Positions 13,138 to 26,859 of a stretch of DNA of 64,000 nt are shown here, one piece after another (the first letter of the stretch is position 1; each line of letters begins with the position of its first letter). The notes beneath the pieces are model-generated. The model had not been told where the DNA came from. It was given only the letters and a program-made list of their open reading frames with translations, and searched no databases. The stretch spans positions 434,001 to 498,000 of the forward strand of contig NIVC01000073.1 in assembly GCA_002269645.1 (NCBI GenBank), written 5' to 3'. A program made the translations under genes and the position numbers. This DNA comes from Macrostomum lignano (taxonomy: Eukaryota).

Positions 13138-14960
13138 AGACAGATCGAGAAAGTGCAAGCACTCTTCAAACTACCATATGAAAATACGTGTAATTTACCT
13201 GGACATAGTCAAACAAAGTGATGAGCTGTGGAGGAGCGTTTGCCGCCAGCGTTCCTCGAAGCTCGAAGAATGCCCTGGAAATCTCGGCACTCGGCAAAAA
13301 TGGCAGTGCCATCAACTTTCTGCAAAGGCGTTGGGTGCCATCGTCAGTGGCGTACGCAACTTGCAGTCCGACAGTCTGTACGTGACGCCACACCGCCTGC
13401 GTGTAGTGGAACACGCATCCCTGGATTCGGCCATTAGGGAAGACCTGGCGCAAGGCGCGCCACATGGCCGCCTCGTAGTCCAGGACGAAGCGTGACGGAC
13501 TGGAAGGAAAGGGAGGCAAATAATTATTAAATGCATGTTGCTTATATTTTTATGCGCATGTAGGAGGTACATGTACAAAATACATCTGCATGAAAAAACA
13601 CTCACGCTGCAAAAGGAATAAGCTCCATAATGGCTTGTAGGACCTTCTTGTAGTCTTTGCGCCTTCTCCCCGACATAAGCACGAAAAGAAGCGGAACCTG
13701 CTTGCGGCTGGCTTTGTCAGCGCTCGAAACAAATGCGTGTATGCTGTACAGTTGCACGAACGGACGTCGCACCACGCGAAATGTGCCATCCATGTACCAG
13801 GCTTTGGCCCGGGCAAGGAGAGACAGCATTTCTCGCGTAGCGAAGATGATGTGCCGATAACCATCGACTGGATGTCTTTTTGCAGGAATCCCTCTGGGAC
13901 GGCGTTCTGCTCCAGTTCGAACTGTAGATCAGATGGCTCATCTGGACGAGCTTGCCGGCGTTGACGATTCGCCGCTTGCGCCAGATTTGCAGCGTTTGGT
14001 ACTGCTGGTGCGGCCTGTGTGAAGTAAAATAAGAGATTTTAGAGGTACAGTGTACAGAAGACGGGAGAGATGGTGGAGAGAAAGAGAGGAGAGAGTGGAG
14101 AGAGAAGAGGAGGCAAGATGCAAAGGTATGGTAATAAAGGTAAGGTACATATGTAAGTTGCTTACAGTGAACTGATCCATTTTGTAAAGAATCTCCTCAC
14201 GAGCGACCTGATTTGCCGAGACAAACAAGTTAGCAGCAGCACGGCCGATTACTTGTTGTCGAAGCCGAGCTCTTTCAGCTGGAGAATGCTCAGGAGGGTG
14301 ACAATGCTGGATCGGTCCCTTGGAGAAAGCCTCGTCTCGCTGAACTACTGTCGCACGACAGTGAGTATGCGAGTTGCGTTTGGCGCACCTCCAGTACGTA
14401 TTGCTGCCACGTCGACGGCTGACGACAAATGTGTAGCCACCATCGACAACAAGCATGTCCTTCTGCTTAGTGGAACCAGAATCGACAATCTCGAACTCAG
14501 GGCAGTTGTCGTCCACGGCCAGTCGAGGAGCTGGATCACTCATGTTGATCGACTCTGTGTCTTCATCACTTTGAAAACTCATGGCACCCGGCCCCTGGTC
14601 AGTAGTCGCACCAGCTGCGCCTTCATGGGTGTTCGCAATTGGAGCGATTGCGGCAGCAGTTGGCGGGTCGTCTGCAGCAGCTGCAGCTGCATCGTCGACA
14701 ACATTGACGTGTGGATATATGGCAGGGGAAGAAGGCACTGTCACAGCCTGCTCTATTGGCCGGCAGAGGCTGCAAGTCCAGCTGAAATCTTCGTCCTCTT
14801 TACACAAACGACGATATTCAGCGGCAGACACTCCTAAAAATATTATACAGATCATATACATGTATTAAGAGTTGCAGAGTGTGGGGTGTGACAGTTAGAA
14901 ACTAGCTAAATATCAATAACAATGATCGATAATCGTCCTCTGAGAGACAAAGTGCGAGAT

Positions 14961-15256
<296 letters not shown>

Positions 15257-16032
15257 TACTTCGCTCACCTGTGTTACACTTCCGATGATACCAATGGTCG
15301 CACGCGTCGCATTGCAGAGCATGATGTCGAACGGAGACAAGCTCAAAACAAACGGGGCAGTTATGGGTGTCGCTTTGCATTGTCGAATTAAGATACGAGT
15401 ACAAATTATAAGTATTGATCCTCTTCAGATGGTATGTGTTATTTATACACTTAAGCAACTACTAGCTGTTAGAGTCTATTATTCTGATTTACTGCAGCTG
15501 TTACTAATAAAAAGTTGTCAAATCGCAGCGCAGTTAAAGTTACATGTACCATGTAGGCAGCTCGTACTAGTATTTATGTATTCCGAGGATGGCCTTTTTC
15601 CATTCTACTAATACCCAGATTTGCAAGTTAACCTACTGCATTACAATATATAACTAATGTATTGTCGTATTTATAAATTCTGGGTGTAATCCCAAGCAGT
15701 GGGAGATCGCGCGAATATGACCACTAGGCCCTAATAAACACAGGCCAGTACATACCAGTATGTGTGTGTGAGCACAGCGTGCTCGAGGTGTGAAAGAGAT
15801 AGAGCGAGGTGATAACGTGTGGGTAGGCTGAGCTATGCATTGCATTTTAAAATGAATGTATGAATCCGAAGAGAGATGTGCTATTAAAAACGACTATGCA
15901 CACATGGAGGCGCATTATTGAATATACGAGTACAGTACAGCGATATTATATATACACGTAAGCGATATATTATTACTAGGATTAGCACTGTGCTATGAGA
16001 GAGAGGGGAGCGGGGGAGAGAAAGAGAGAGAA

Positions 16033-16064
<32 letters not shown>

Positions 16065-17334
16065 CGAGTGAGAGAGATATATATATAGAGGGAGAAGGGG
16101 ATATTTGCAATGCTTTCTATTATAATGCGTAAAAAAACTTGGTGCTAGTGCTATAAATTTGTTATTCTTGCATTCGTTTTTAACTGCAATTGCTTTTTTA
16201 TTTTAAGCGCTACCAGGGTAGGGCCCTATCACTGCTTATTCAATATATGTCTGTCGCCGAAGTGATCCAAATGTGTCGCCGAAATGACTGTCGCCGAAAT
16301 GACTTGTCGCCGAAGTGACTGTCGCCGAAGTGACCTGTCGCCGAAGTGATCGGTGACCATAAGGAATGAGCCAATATAGAAGATTGAAGATAAGGGAAGC
16401 ACAAATTGTCTGCATTAGGGCCTAATGGCCAACTGTATAATTGTCAAGTTTTTAATTTGCTCTTAAATTAAGGTAAACTTTCAAATGCAACTTTTTAAGA
16501 CTTGCTAGACTCAAAATCACTATGCCATTAGTAATAGTTGGGATGCCTCAGTGCTAGATTAGGCCTATTTGTCAGCGACATCCAAAAGTAAATGATTTGG
16601 AAACTATAATCTGAGCACATAGACAGATAAATGCCAAAACAGTTGAGATTGACAAGAAGATTGACAAAAAGATCAGTTCAATAGGTTTTTTGCATCTCTT
16701 TTTGCTATAGGCCTACGTCTTAAAAGGAAAAAGGAGAAAGGGAAATTATATTATTATAATATATACATAGCCGTTTAAGTCTTGCAGCAATCAATCGGCA
16801 ATTGTTGTTAAACGGGGGTGGGAAGCTGGGCTTACCCGCGGAATTCGGCAATTAGGGTTCGTTTTTCTGAAATATTGCAACCTTACAAAGAATCCCTTTT
16901 AAATTTATTGCCTATAATTTTTGTTGCGTCAGAAAATTCGACTTGTAAAACATCCGTTTTAAATGTTATCGTTCACAAGTGAAACAAAAACTTTATTGTA
17001 CCCAACACATTTATTTAACAACCTAAAAGTTACTATATCAGTGCGTTGAATATTTTATGATTATTTTTAAACACTACTCAACGAGTTATTATCAATTTAC
17101 TATAGGGGCACGCTTTTGCAATTTTCGAGTAGGTTTTCATTTCAAATCCATGCACAGGCTGGAATTTTAACGGATCAGTGCCGCAAATTAATTTAGCATC
17201 GACTGCTGTAAAGTTAAAAAAGGTGGACATCAGTAACATTACATTTTCTATTTTTTCTGATCAAATTTTTTACCTTCAAAGTTTGTTGATTATACTTAGA
17301 CCATTAGACCAAGGCTAAGCTAGTTCAATTTAGG

Positions 17335-20300
17335 ATGTCTCAAATTTTTACAGTTTTTCTTCCTAACAAGCATAGATATCGTTTGGAAGTATCAAAATCG
17401 AACCCACTTTATCAAGTAAGTAAAGTATTGTATAAATTGAAAATATTAAAATTTGCTCAACTGAGACTACCAAGTCCAGGAGTTCAAATAAACATTATTT
17501 TTTAATTAATATTTTCAGAATACTAATTTTGTGATGTGCTAATTGGCAAAAAGCCATTTTTTCTGCCCTTTTGCTTTTCAGGGTCTGGAAAAAGTGTGCA
17601 TCGAGAAAGGATATATGCCAGTTCATGAGTATATTTTCAGGTATACTACTTTTATTTTGTCATGTATATTTTTAATTTTACTTTTAGTTTCTTAGGCCTA
17701 TTTAAATTCAAATAATTTTAATAGTTGTTTGAGAAATTGTTGGAGTTTTTTATTCTACTAAGATGTTTTTTTGTCCAGCTTAAAATCTTTAAAATAGACA
17801 TTTAGTAAAGGTTAGACTTAAAACTGTTTTTAGGCTAAAATTTATTCATTTAGGGCCTAATATGACTAGGCCTTTGCCATATTCAGGATCATGACACACC
17901 TGTTCCAGAATAAATCCTAAAAAAAATTTGATTGCGCTGTGTGCCAGAACAAATCCTATAAAAAAAGTTTGCTTGCCCTATTTACCAGAACTAAAAATGC
18001 AGAAATCAGTAATTTTCTAGTTGAAAAATACTAGTAGCTAAAACTTATATTTAAATGTTTAATAGAAAATGTAATATTAACATAAATTATTAAAAATCTC
18101 TCAATATACTAGCAAATAAAAAGTGCTAATAAAAAGAAATAACATGCAATTTTTTGTTAGAGAAAGTATTGTCTTGGAAGTTTTTGTTTTACATCAAATT
18201 GTGCCATTTTTTGTCTTATGTTGTAATGCGCTAGATTTTTCTCCTTTGCCTGCTGTTGCGTCAGAATGCACTAGCGTGGCACGCATCCAACCTCTTTTTG
18301 CACTAGAATTTTCTGTGAATTAGGCTATCTTCCTAACTATAGGGCCTAGGCTACATTATAGTGCCATAATAATCCTAGCACTTCCTAGTACTAAAATACT
18401 AAAAGTTTTTATAGGGCTATCTTCAATCCCAAAGCTGACACCAAAAGTTATAACAAAGCTGACCTTATTTTTGATACTAATGTCATCAAGTTTTCAAATT
18501 TTTTTTCTAATTATACTATCTTAACAGATAAACAATTGTCACCAAAAGTTTTCCCGCTAAGATGCAACTTTGACATTTTGCAAGCTGTTGGTTTGATTTT
18601 GGACCAAAATTAACACAAAATTTACTTTTGGTTTAACTTTGAACTGTTTAGGACACAATTTTTGTCATCTAGAAAGTTGTCTAGCTGTCTGAGATTTTTT
18701 GTACCAATTTTTGCACGACTGAAACCCGATTTTCAAACATTTATCAGATTTAAAAGATTTATTAAACATAGGTGTAATTGTAGGAATATTAAAACTTATG
18801 GCAGAAATTTTTGTTGAAATTTATTATAAAAAGTCCATCTTGATGGGGTGCTTTCATAGAAATCAGGTGCTAGAAAAATCGTACTTAAGCCTGAGCTGCC
18901 TGGCAGCTATTAGATTATATTAGATTAGAGGATTACATACATTTAGACTACAGATTAGAGACAAAAGATAAAATTGGATATATAGGACCAATGAATTCAG
19001 AATGGTAAGGTGAGATCAAGGAGTATAGACTAGCAATAAGATTAGCATACTTGCCACCCCTGCTCAATTTTGATACTAAGATTAGATACTAAGACCAGAG
19101 ACATGATTTAACTCTCATGATTAGCACTTATGTACCATGTTAGCGGTTGCCAATTGTATCGTAATGTAGCTCGTATAAATAAACATATAAAATAAAAATA
19201 ATATACTCTACCATTTGCAAATGGTACTCTACTGTCTATGGAGACAGTTTAATATACTGCATACTTGAGATAAAAAATTGAGTGTGTAACTGAGTGCGGC
19301 TTTCAGTGTGTTTCTATTGATTCGAGAGAAATAAAGTTTAAAGCTTAAAGTCGAACTGATCGCTGTCGATGAGAATCGTTGAAAATCGACCCTACCAAAT
19401 CAGGAAAGAATAGGCTTAAAGTCAAACCAATCGCTGTCAATGAGAATCATTGAAAACAGTTCATTTTTTATCTACAAGTAAAGTGATGGATGTATGTTGG
19501 AGTTATTTTGAGCGAAAGTCTGAGTTGTTGTTATGGTTTGCACTGAAAATCGGCAAGTCAGCAACAAATTCGGTTCAATTTTGAGGGATCAAATCAACAA
19601 AATAGGGCTAATTTTGGGTTAAAGATAAATTTCAAATTGTTTTTCCTCCGTTTTTTATCGTTGGAAGTCAGACAAAGATGAAAATTGTAGATAAATCATG
19701 TTGTTTCATGTCAGTCAACTGTTGGGCAAAAATCTGAGTTGTGTCCCAGCAGGTTGGTATAGATGATTACTTAAATATCAACTGCTGTCACCTAAAGTTG
19801 TCATAGAAATTTGCTTTTTTCTCCACTTATTTCCTTGTATAACATATTGATATACTTTTAATGCTAGTAATAAAATATGTAAAATATAGTAGTCTTAATG
19901 GCACTATATGTAGGCCTATCCCATCATTTGATTTGTGTATTAGTGTTTCCCGTTGAATTTTGAGTTTTTAAAGTAGGCATGAAAGGTGAAGAGTTTTACA
20001 CCTTCTGCCTCACTTTCGCCTCTTTTATGCCTATTTTGTGCCACTTGTGCACCGCGTGTTCACCTGAGTGCCTTTGCAGGGTCAAAAGGTGAATTTAAGG
20101 CACGAAATAGGCGGTAGGGGCACAGGTGCCATAGGGGAGTTCGGTGTATTAAAGGTGCACAGTGTGCATTGGAGGCACAAAAGGTGAACAAAGTAGGAAT
20201 TGGGGGCATTGATGGAGTGAAGGTGAAAAAAAGGTGCGCTGTGGTGGAGGTGCATAAAAAGTGTACAGTGTGCACTGGAGGCACGAAAGGTGAATAAAGG

Positions 20301-23300
20301 TGCACAGTGTGCATTGGAGGCACAAAAGGTGAACAAATGGTGCACAGTGGGCACTTTAGGTGTAGAGGCAATTCAAGGGGCGTTCCAACTTGCGAAAGTT
20401 CTTTGCTACTTTTTCTTATTATTCTTTAAACAGATTCAAAGCTTTTCATCACTTTTCGGAACTTTTCCTGAGTATTTGAAAGTTATTAAAACTTATCAGT
20501 ACAGGAAAAGTTTACTTTCGTGGTTTGTCAGGATTAGGAAGGGGATAGCAGCGATTAGTATAGGTGTAAATAAAGCTTTTCTATGTTCGATTTGTGCGTG
20601 CAATGTACGAGTATGTAACTCTCAGTTAATTTTTTGTTACTGATTATTAATGCGCTAATTCGTGCATAGGCATGAAAGGTGAGAGAGGTGCACAGAAGAG
20701 GCACTTTTGAGGTATATTTCGAGCGTGTTTTGGAAATGCACCTGTATACATATTTACGCTGCAACATGTACAACTTATGCACCTCTAATTCACCTTTTGT
20801 GCACTTTCTGCGCCCCTTCAGCACCTTTACTGCCCCTACCGCCGCAGCCAATCAAAATTGAGAATTCACCTACTGCCTGACCACTTCACCGATTGTACAC
20901 CTTTCATGCCTCTTTTCAAAAATATTGGTGACATTCAGGCATAAACTAGCAATCTACGCCCCCCATTGGGGAGCCAAAGAAATGCAATACACGTTTTTTT
21001 TAATAAGCTACATGTATCCTTGAAATCTTAAAAAATCTCCTGTCAAACCTTGTAAGCCTTGACATGTCAGTAATTCCCCCCCCCCACAAGCTTTAACATA
21101 TCAACTCCCCCCCTTGACATCTCAGCAATGCCCCCAATAAGCCTTGGAAATCTAAAAAATCTGTCAACCTTCTAACCCTAACCCTAGCCTAACCCTAACC
21201 CTAACCCTAACCCTAACCCACTCAGGGTGCATTTCCAAAACACGCACGAAATGGGCCACCAAAGTGCCTCTTTTGTGCACCTCGCTCACCTTTTGTGCCT
21301 CTGCAGGTGCATAACTTTTCCAACGGGTTTGCCAGGTCTAATGCCAGAAAATTTATGAGACCTGAAAAAGTGTTTCATTGACACAATGTTTCCTCTGTGT
21401 CATGTATGCCAGGATATATGCTGATGTATGCTAAAAATGGCAACTACCCTTGTTGTATGCTGGGAAATCCCAGTGTATATGTCACCTTCCAAACTATAGT
21501 ATCTATCCATGTATCCCCTATTCCAATTTATATTTCATTCCAAAGAATGATTTCTCTCTTAGCCTGAGCATTACTAGTATTAGAGGGTCACAGCTTACAT
21601 TGTGGTAGATATTCTGCATTGAGGCAAGTGGCAAGTTCTTAGATTTTGAATCTTTTAGATATTCTCATTCTAAAATAGCTAATACTTCCAAAATATATTG
21701 CTTGCAATGTCATGGTGTCTATTGTGTAAGTATAACTTAACTTTATTTTTTTAATTGATAATAAATATTGATATTAACAAATTTACTTCATTGCTTCTTT
21801 AAAGTAAGATATACTTTGATTTCCAACTTTACCTATTAAATTTTATTTTAACTTTTTTCTTATCATTTTAGACATAACAAAGCTTACCCAGACCTTAGTA
21901 CTCCAGTTGGGCTATTGAATTTATCCAGCTTGGTTGAACTGGAATTAGTCCCAGCATCTGAGGCTCCAACCAAAAAAGCTGCTACTGATGCCAAGTCTTC
22001 TACTGAGATTGCAAGCAACGATGCAGTGAGCATAGCTCTCCAATTTGGTGCCCATCGCCATATTGAGACTCTATCCTGTGACACTAGCCTATGGGATATG
22101 ATTGAAATGTTTTCTACAAAGTATCCAAGGTAAGTTAACAAGAATTGAGAAAATATAACTAGCAACTGAAAATCATTATTGGGTTAATAGTCACTTCTCA
22201 CTCCAAGACTCTAGATACATTGACAGCATCATCTTAAAGCCTTGGTAACCTTAGCCGTAAGAAACTTGGGAAATTCCCTTTACCCCAACCCTTGGCAAGT
22301 TGAGAAATTCCCTTCATCCCAGCCGTAAGAAACTTGGGAAATTCCCTTTACCCCAATCTTTGGCAACTTGAGAGATTCTCTTTACCCCAGCCCTTGTCAC
22401 AACCTGGCGAATTGCCTTCGCACCGTCTTTCACAGCTGGATTCCACCGGAGTCGCCAGCCGACCAGCATCCAGTTCTGGTTTACACGCGTCACGAAGTGC
22501 CCGGCGCCGTGGCGCTGCGCCATACCAGCCTGCGTCAGATCGGCCTGGCGCCCGGCGGCGCCCCGGCACTGCTGCGCCTTCTCTACAGGCCTGTGCCGCC
22601 CGAGAAACTGGCAGCCGCTGCTGAGCTGGCCGAATCCAGGAATCGAGCTCGGATCCAACCGCCAGAAACTGCGACATCTTCGTCCGCTGCTCAAGCGCCG
22701 CCGCCACCGCCAAGTCGTGCACCCACCGAGCCGGTTGCTGAGCCTACTGCTACTAGCGCTAGCGCCCAAGCTAGCTATCTTACTACTGAAAGTAGCAGTA
22801 GTAGCAGAGGCGCAATTGCCGCAGAATCCAATGCCGTTAACTTGTTTAGTCCGTTTCGCGAGGTTCCCAAGTGGTCTGAACCTGACGAGTCAACGCGGAA
22901 TAGGCGTCCGGCTGCCAATCAGGCTAGAGAGGTTTGTTAGCTTATCAAATTTATTAAGGCTGTTTTTTCAGCTTAGCTCACAGAGTGGACATCATTCTAA
23001 TCTGCAGATAGATCTGTAGCTGATCTGCAGATAGATCTGTAGCTGATCTGCAGATGGATCTGTAGCTGATCTGCAGATAGATCTGTAGCTGATCCTTAGA
23101 TGGATCTGTAGCTGATCTGCAGATAGATCTGTAGCTGATCTGCAGATAGATCTGTAGCTGAACTGCAGATAGATCAAACTATAGCTTATTTAGATAGACA
23201 AGAAAATTAGATTTTTTAAAGTAGACAATAGCTGATGCAGATTAACCGGAAGTAGACAATAGCTGGTGCGGATTAACCGGAAGTAGACAATAGCTGGTGC

Positions 23301-26300
23301 AGATTAACCGGAAGTAGACAATAGCTGGTGCAGATTAACCGGAAGTAGACAATAGCTGGTGCAGATTAACCGGAAGTAGACAATAGCTGGTGCAGATTAA
23401 CCGGAAGTAGACAATAGCTGGTGCAGATTAACCCGGAAGTAGACAATAGCTGGTGCAGATTAACCGGAAGTAGACAATAGCTGGTGCAGATTAACCGGAA
23501 GTAGACAATAGCTGGTGCAGATTAACCCGGAAGTAGACAATAGCTGGTGCAGATAAACCGGAAGTAGGCAATAGCTGGTGCAGATAAACCGGAAGTAGAC
23601 AATAGCTGGTGCGTGTACACATTCAGCTAAATTTGTTTCTTAACCCCCCCCCCCCCAGCCGAGAACCCTGGCCGAAGCGCTGAATATGCCCGATTTCGAA
23701 TCTATGGCGGTGCCGCAAGCGGCCGCCGCAGCCGCAGACTCGGCGGAGAATGCCGTCATTGTCTATGGACCAAACCGACCGTTCAAATTTCCCGAAGAAA
23801 CGGCCGGCCAAGATCTCTATAGGAACGAATTGGCCGAAGTTCGTCCAGCCGAGTTTGTTGCCTGCGATAGGCGACTGTGCGGCTATGTGGCCGGGGCGCC
23901 TGCCAAGGCTGTGGCTGCAGAGTCGGTAGCAGCCAATCAGGCTTCGAGTGGCGGCGAAGAAGCGATGGAACTCGGTTGGTGTTGCAGATTGCTTTATGCT
24001 ATAGTATTTTGACTTTCAGGAGTCTTGGGCGCCCCTTGTACATCAATCTTGGCACCGCCTGACACACCGACCTTGGCACTGTCTGACACACTGATCTTAG
24101 CAATGTCTGACACACCGATCTTGGCACTGTCTGACACACTGATCTTAGCAATGTCTGACACACTGATCTTAGCAATGTCTGACACACTGATCTTAGCAAT
24201 GTCTGACACACTGATCTTGGCACCGTCTGACACACTGATCTTAGCACCGTCTGACACACCGATCTTGGCACCGTCTGACACACTGATCTTGGCACCGTCT
24301 GACACACCGATCTTAGCACCGTCTGACACACCGATCTTGGCACCGTCTGACACACAGATCTTAGCACCGTCTGACACACCGATCTTGGCACCGTCTGACA
24401 CACCGATCTTGGCACCGTCTGACACACTGATCTTGGCACCGTCTGACACACCGATCTTAGCACCGTCTGACACACCGATCTTAGCACCGTCTGACACACC
24501 GATCTTAGCACCGTCTGACACACCGATCTTAGCACCGTCTGACACACAGATCTTAGCACCGTCTGACACACCGATCTTAGCACCGTCTGACACACCGATC
24601 TTAGCACCGTCTGACACACCGATCTTAGCACCGTCTGACACACAGATCTTAGCACCGTCTGACACACCGATCTTAGCAATGTCTGACACACCAATCTTAG
24701 CACTGTCTGACACACCAATCTTAGCACTGTCTGACACACCAATCTTAGCACTGTCTGACACACTGATCTTAGCAATGTCTGACACACCGATCTTGGCACC
24801 GTCTGACACACCGATCTTAGCACTGTCTGACACACCGATCTTAGCACTGTCTGACACACTGATCTTAGCAATGTCTGACACACTGATCTTAGCACCGTCT
24901 GACACACCGATCTTAGCACCGTCTGACACACTGATCTTGGTACCGTCTGACACACCGACTAAACTAAATACTAGCACTTATCCCTTTAAATATAAATTAT
25001 ACACGTCAATTTCAGAGGAACCAGACGAAAGTTTTTTCAACGTAACAGAATCTGATTTACGCAAATTGGCTGCCGACTTGAAACGAAAAGTGTAGGTTTG
25101 CACTGATATAGTTAAACACTTTTGTCTTTTTAATTTTGTGCTAAATAATTAACTTGAAATAAATGAAATTGCAGTGAGGAAGAAACCAACGGTCAGTTGC
25201 TCACCAGGCAGCAGCGAGAGCGCCAACGAGAGGATCTGTACTCCTTCTATGAGTACACCGTTATTCGCCTGTTCTTCCCAGATCGGCGAGTTGTTCAAGC
25301 CGCATTTCGACCACGAGAGACTATCTACACTTTGTATAAATTTGTGCGGGAACAGTTGCTAAGCGACAGTGCTCAGGCTGCCGGGGTGTTCTACCTGTGT
25401 GAGTGCGGGGACTCATACTGTAGCTGGGTTTTGGCAACCCTCCCAGATCCTCAGTTGCTGAATCAGCCTCCCAGATCCTCAGTTGCTGGGCCAGCCTCCC
25501 AGATCCTCAGTTGCTTGGCCTGCCTCCCAGATCCTCAGTTGCTGGGCCTGCCTCCCAGATCCTCAGTTGATGAATCAGCCTCCCAGATCCTCAGTTGCTG
25601 AATCAGCCTCCCAGATCCTCAGTTGCTGAATCAGCCTCCCAGATCCTCAGTTGCTGAGCCAGCCTCCCAGATCCTCAGTTGCTGAATCAGCCTCCCAGAT
25701 CCTCAGTTGCTTGGCCAGCCTCCCAGATCCTCAGTTACTGGGCGAGCCTCCCAGATCCTCAGTTGCTTGGCCAGCCTCCCATATCCTTAGTTGCTGGGCG
25801 AGCCTCCCAGATCCTCAGTTGCTTGGCCTCAGTTGCTGACCTAAGTTCAAAAATTAATTTTCAGATACAACTCCACCAAAGAAGGAAATTACAGATATGG
25901 CTCAATTTCTAATTCATGTAAGAATTTTTTCACCTGTAAGCCTGTTCATATTTGGAAAAGTTCTTAAGCATAAGTCTATCAAAAAATTTTACACAGGCCG
26001 ACTTAGTTCCCATGCCAATTGTGCACGTCGGATTTCGTAACTCGCTACCCGAAGGTAAGGACACTAGAGATTTGTATATAGAATTCTCCTCATTAGTCGC
26101 TAACAAAGCATAATTCACGCTGCATGCACTCAATATTTCAGGCGAGTCGTATCTAAAGCCGGATGTTCTACAACTAATTAGCAGTCGTGCTGATTGCGAT
26201 AAAGTCGCTCTGGACTGGTAAAAAATATTTCAGATTTTTTAACGTGATTTTTTATGCAAACAGTCTGTTTTCTCTACTGACAGTAGAGTAGTGTAGAAAA

Positions 26301-26543
26301 TAACATGAATTTTGTGTCAAGCGTTTTTGTATATTTTCGGACCTATAGTAGTTACTAACACTAGATGGAACCTGAATTGCCGTTTTTTATTTTAGCATGA
26401 AGTCAGCAGTGGAGCCAATCTATGCTAGACAGCAACAACAACAGCAACAGAATCGTACATCAGCTTCATCTGCAACTGCGGGTTCTTCTGGACCCAGCGC
26501 TCAACGTGCCGCTAATGTTGTGCCAAAATGGTTTAAGAAATAG
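17335..26543 (+). CDS. ASPSCR1: ASPSCR1/TUG (UBXD9) p97 adaptor; 11 exons (17335-17415, 17582-17640, 21872-22129, 22436-22931, 23659-23974, 25016-25091, 25175-25398, 25865-25917, 25997-26054, 26142-26217, 26396-26543), about 614 aa
   Basis: UBL1 (FTVFLPNKHRYRLEV..GLEKVCIEKGY), UBL2 (VSIALQF..SLWDMI..PVLVYTRHEVPG..LRHTSLRQIGL), EPDESFFNVTESDLR, UBX (TVIRLFFPDRRVVQAAFRPRETI..FYLYTTPPKK) and C-terminal VPKWFKK. All ten GT-AG junctions are phase-compatible, for 1845 nt in total. Confidence 0.9.
19975..21300. mobile_element. Cluster of MITE-like inverted repeats with terminus AGGCATGAAAGGTG in ASPSCR1 intron 2
   Basis: AGGCATGAAAGGTG occurs at 19975 and 20668, with a perfect reverse complement at 20898-20911. 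Segment 20668-20742 is inverted (diverged) at 21223-21300. No clear TSD was found. Confidence 0.6.
21172..21219 (-). repeat. Interstitial telomere-type repeat (TTAGGG)n, about 7 units
   Basis: ctaaccctaaccctagcctaaccctaaccctaaccctaaccctaaccc. Confidence 0.9.
23001..23175. repeat. 23-bp quasi-palindromic minisatellite (CTGCAGATAGATCTGTAGCTGAT) in ASPSCR1 intron 4
   Basis: About 7 copies containing the palindromes ATCTGCAGAT and AGATCT. Confidence 0.93.
23221..23612. repeat. 31-bp minisatellite (GTAGACAATAGCTGGTGCAGATTAACCGGAA) in ASPSCR1 intron 4
   Basis: About 12 near-perfect copies. Confidence 0.95.
24052..24958. repeat. 24-bp minisatellite (GTCTGACACACCGATCTTAGCACC) in ASPSCR1 intron 5
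   Basis: About 38 copies; explains ORFs 23994..24977, 23999..24955 and 24025..25095. Confidence 0.96.
25438..25838. repeat. 28-bp minisatellite (GCCTCCCAGATCCTCAGTTGCTGAATCA) in ASPSCR1 intron 7
   Basis: About 14 copies with a variable 3' part. Confidence 0.93.
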
Positions 26544-26859
26544 CGCGACTATTTGCAGTTAATGGCAAAAAAACTTGATTTTGGATAACAATGATTCGAT
26601 ATAATCAACTTTTTTATGCTGAACCTACTTTTGTTACTGTTGTCTCGTAAATCCTTTTGATTTTCAACCGTTCGCGTATACTCTTCTAATGTATTTATTT
26701 ACCCAGTGAACTACTAAGCTGCGTTTAAAATACGTAAGTTATTAAGCCTAGTAATAATATTTTTATCAGGCAAATTGTTGACAGCTTAGTACGTATAATA
26801 TCTACCACCACCTTAGGGATCAACTATCTCACTTTTAGTATTAATCATCACTCTGAGTA

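Noticed and set aside
12830-13221. Hydrophobic ORFs 12830..13099 and 13033..13221
   Set aside because: AT-rich, no recognisable domain, and they overlap the subterminal repeats of the nested element.
23221-23612. CRISPR-like appearance of the 23-47-bp arrays (also 26860, 37915, 52325, 55390)
   Set aside because: The units are head-to-tail with no unique spacers, there are no cas genes, and the context is eukaryotic.
23994-25095. Long repeat ORFs (APSDTPIL / VSDGAKIG) resembling mucin or antifreeze proteins
   Set aside because: They lie within ASPSCR1 intron 5, whose flanking exons splice in phase without them. The 24-bp unit is a multiple of 3, so open frames are expected.
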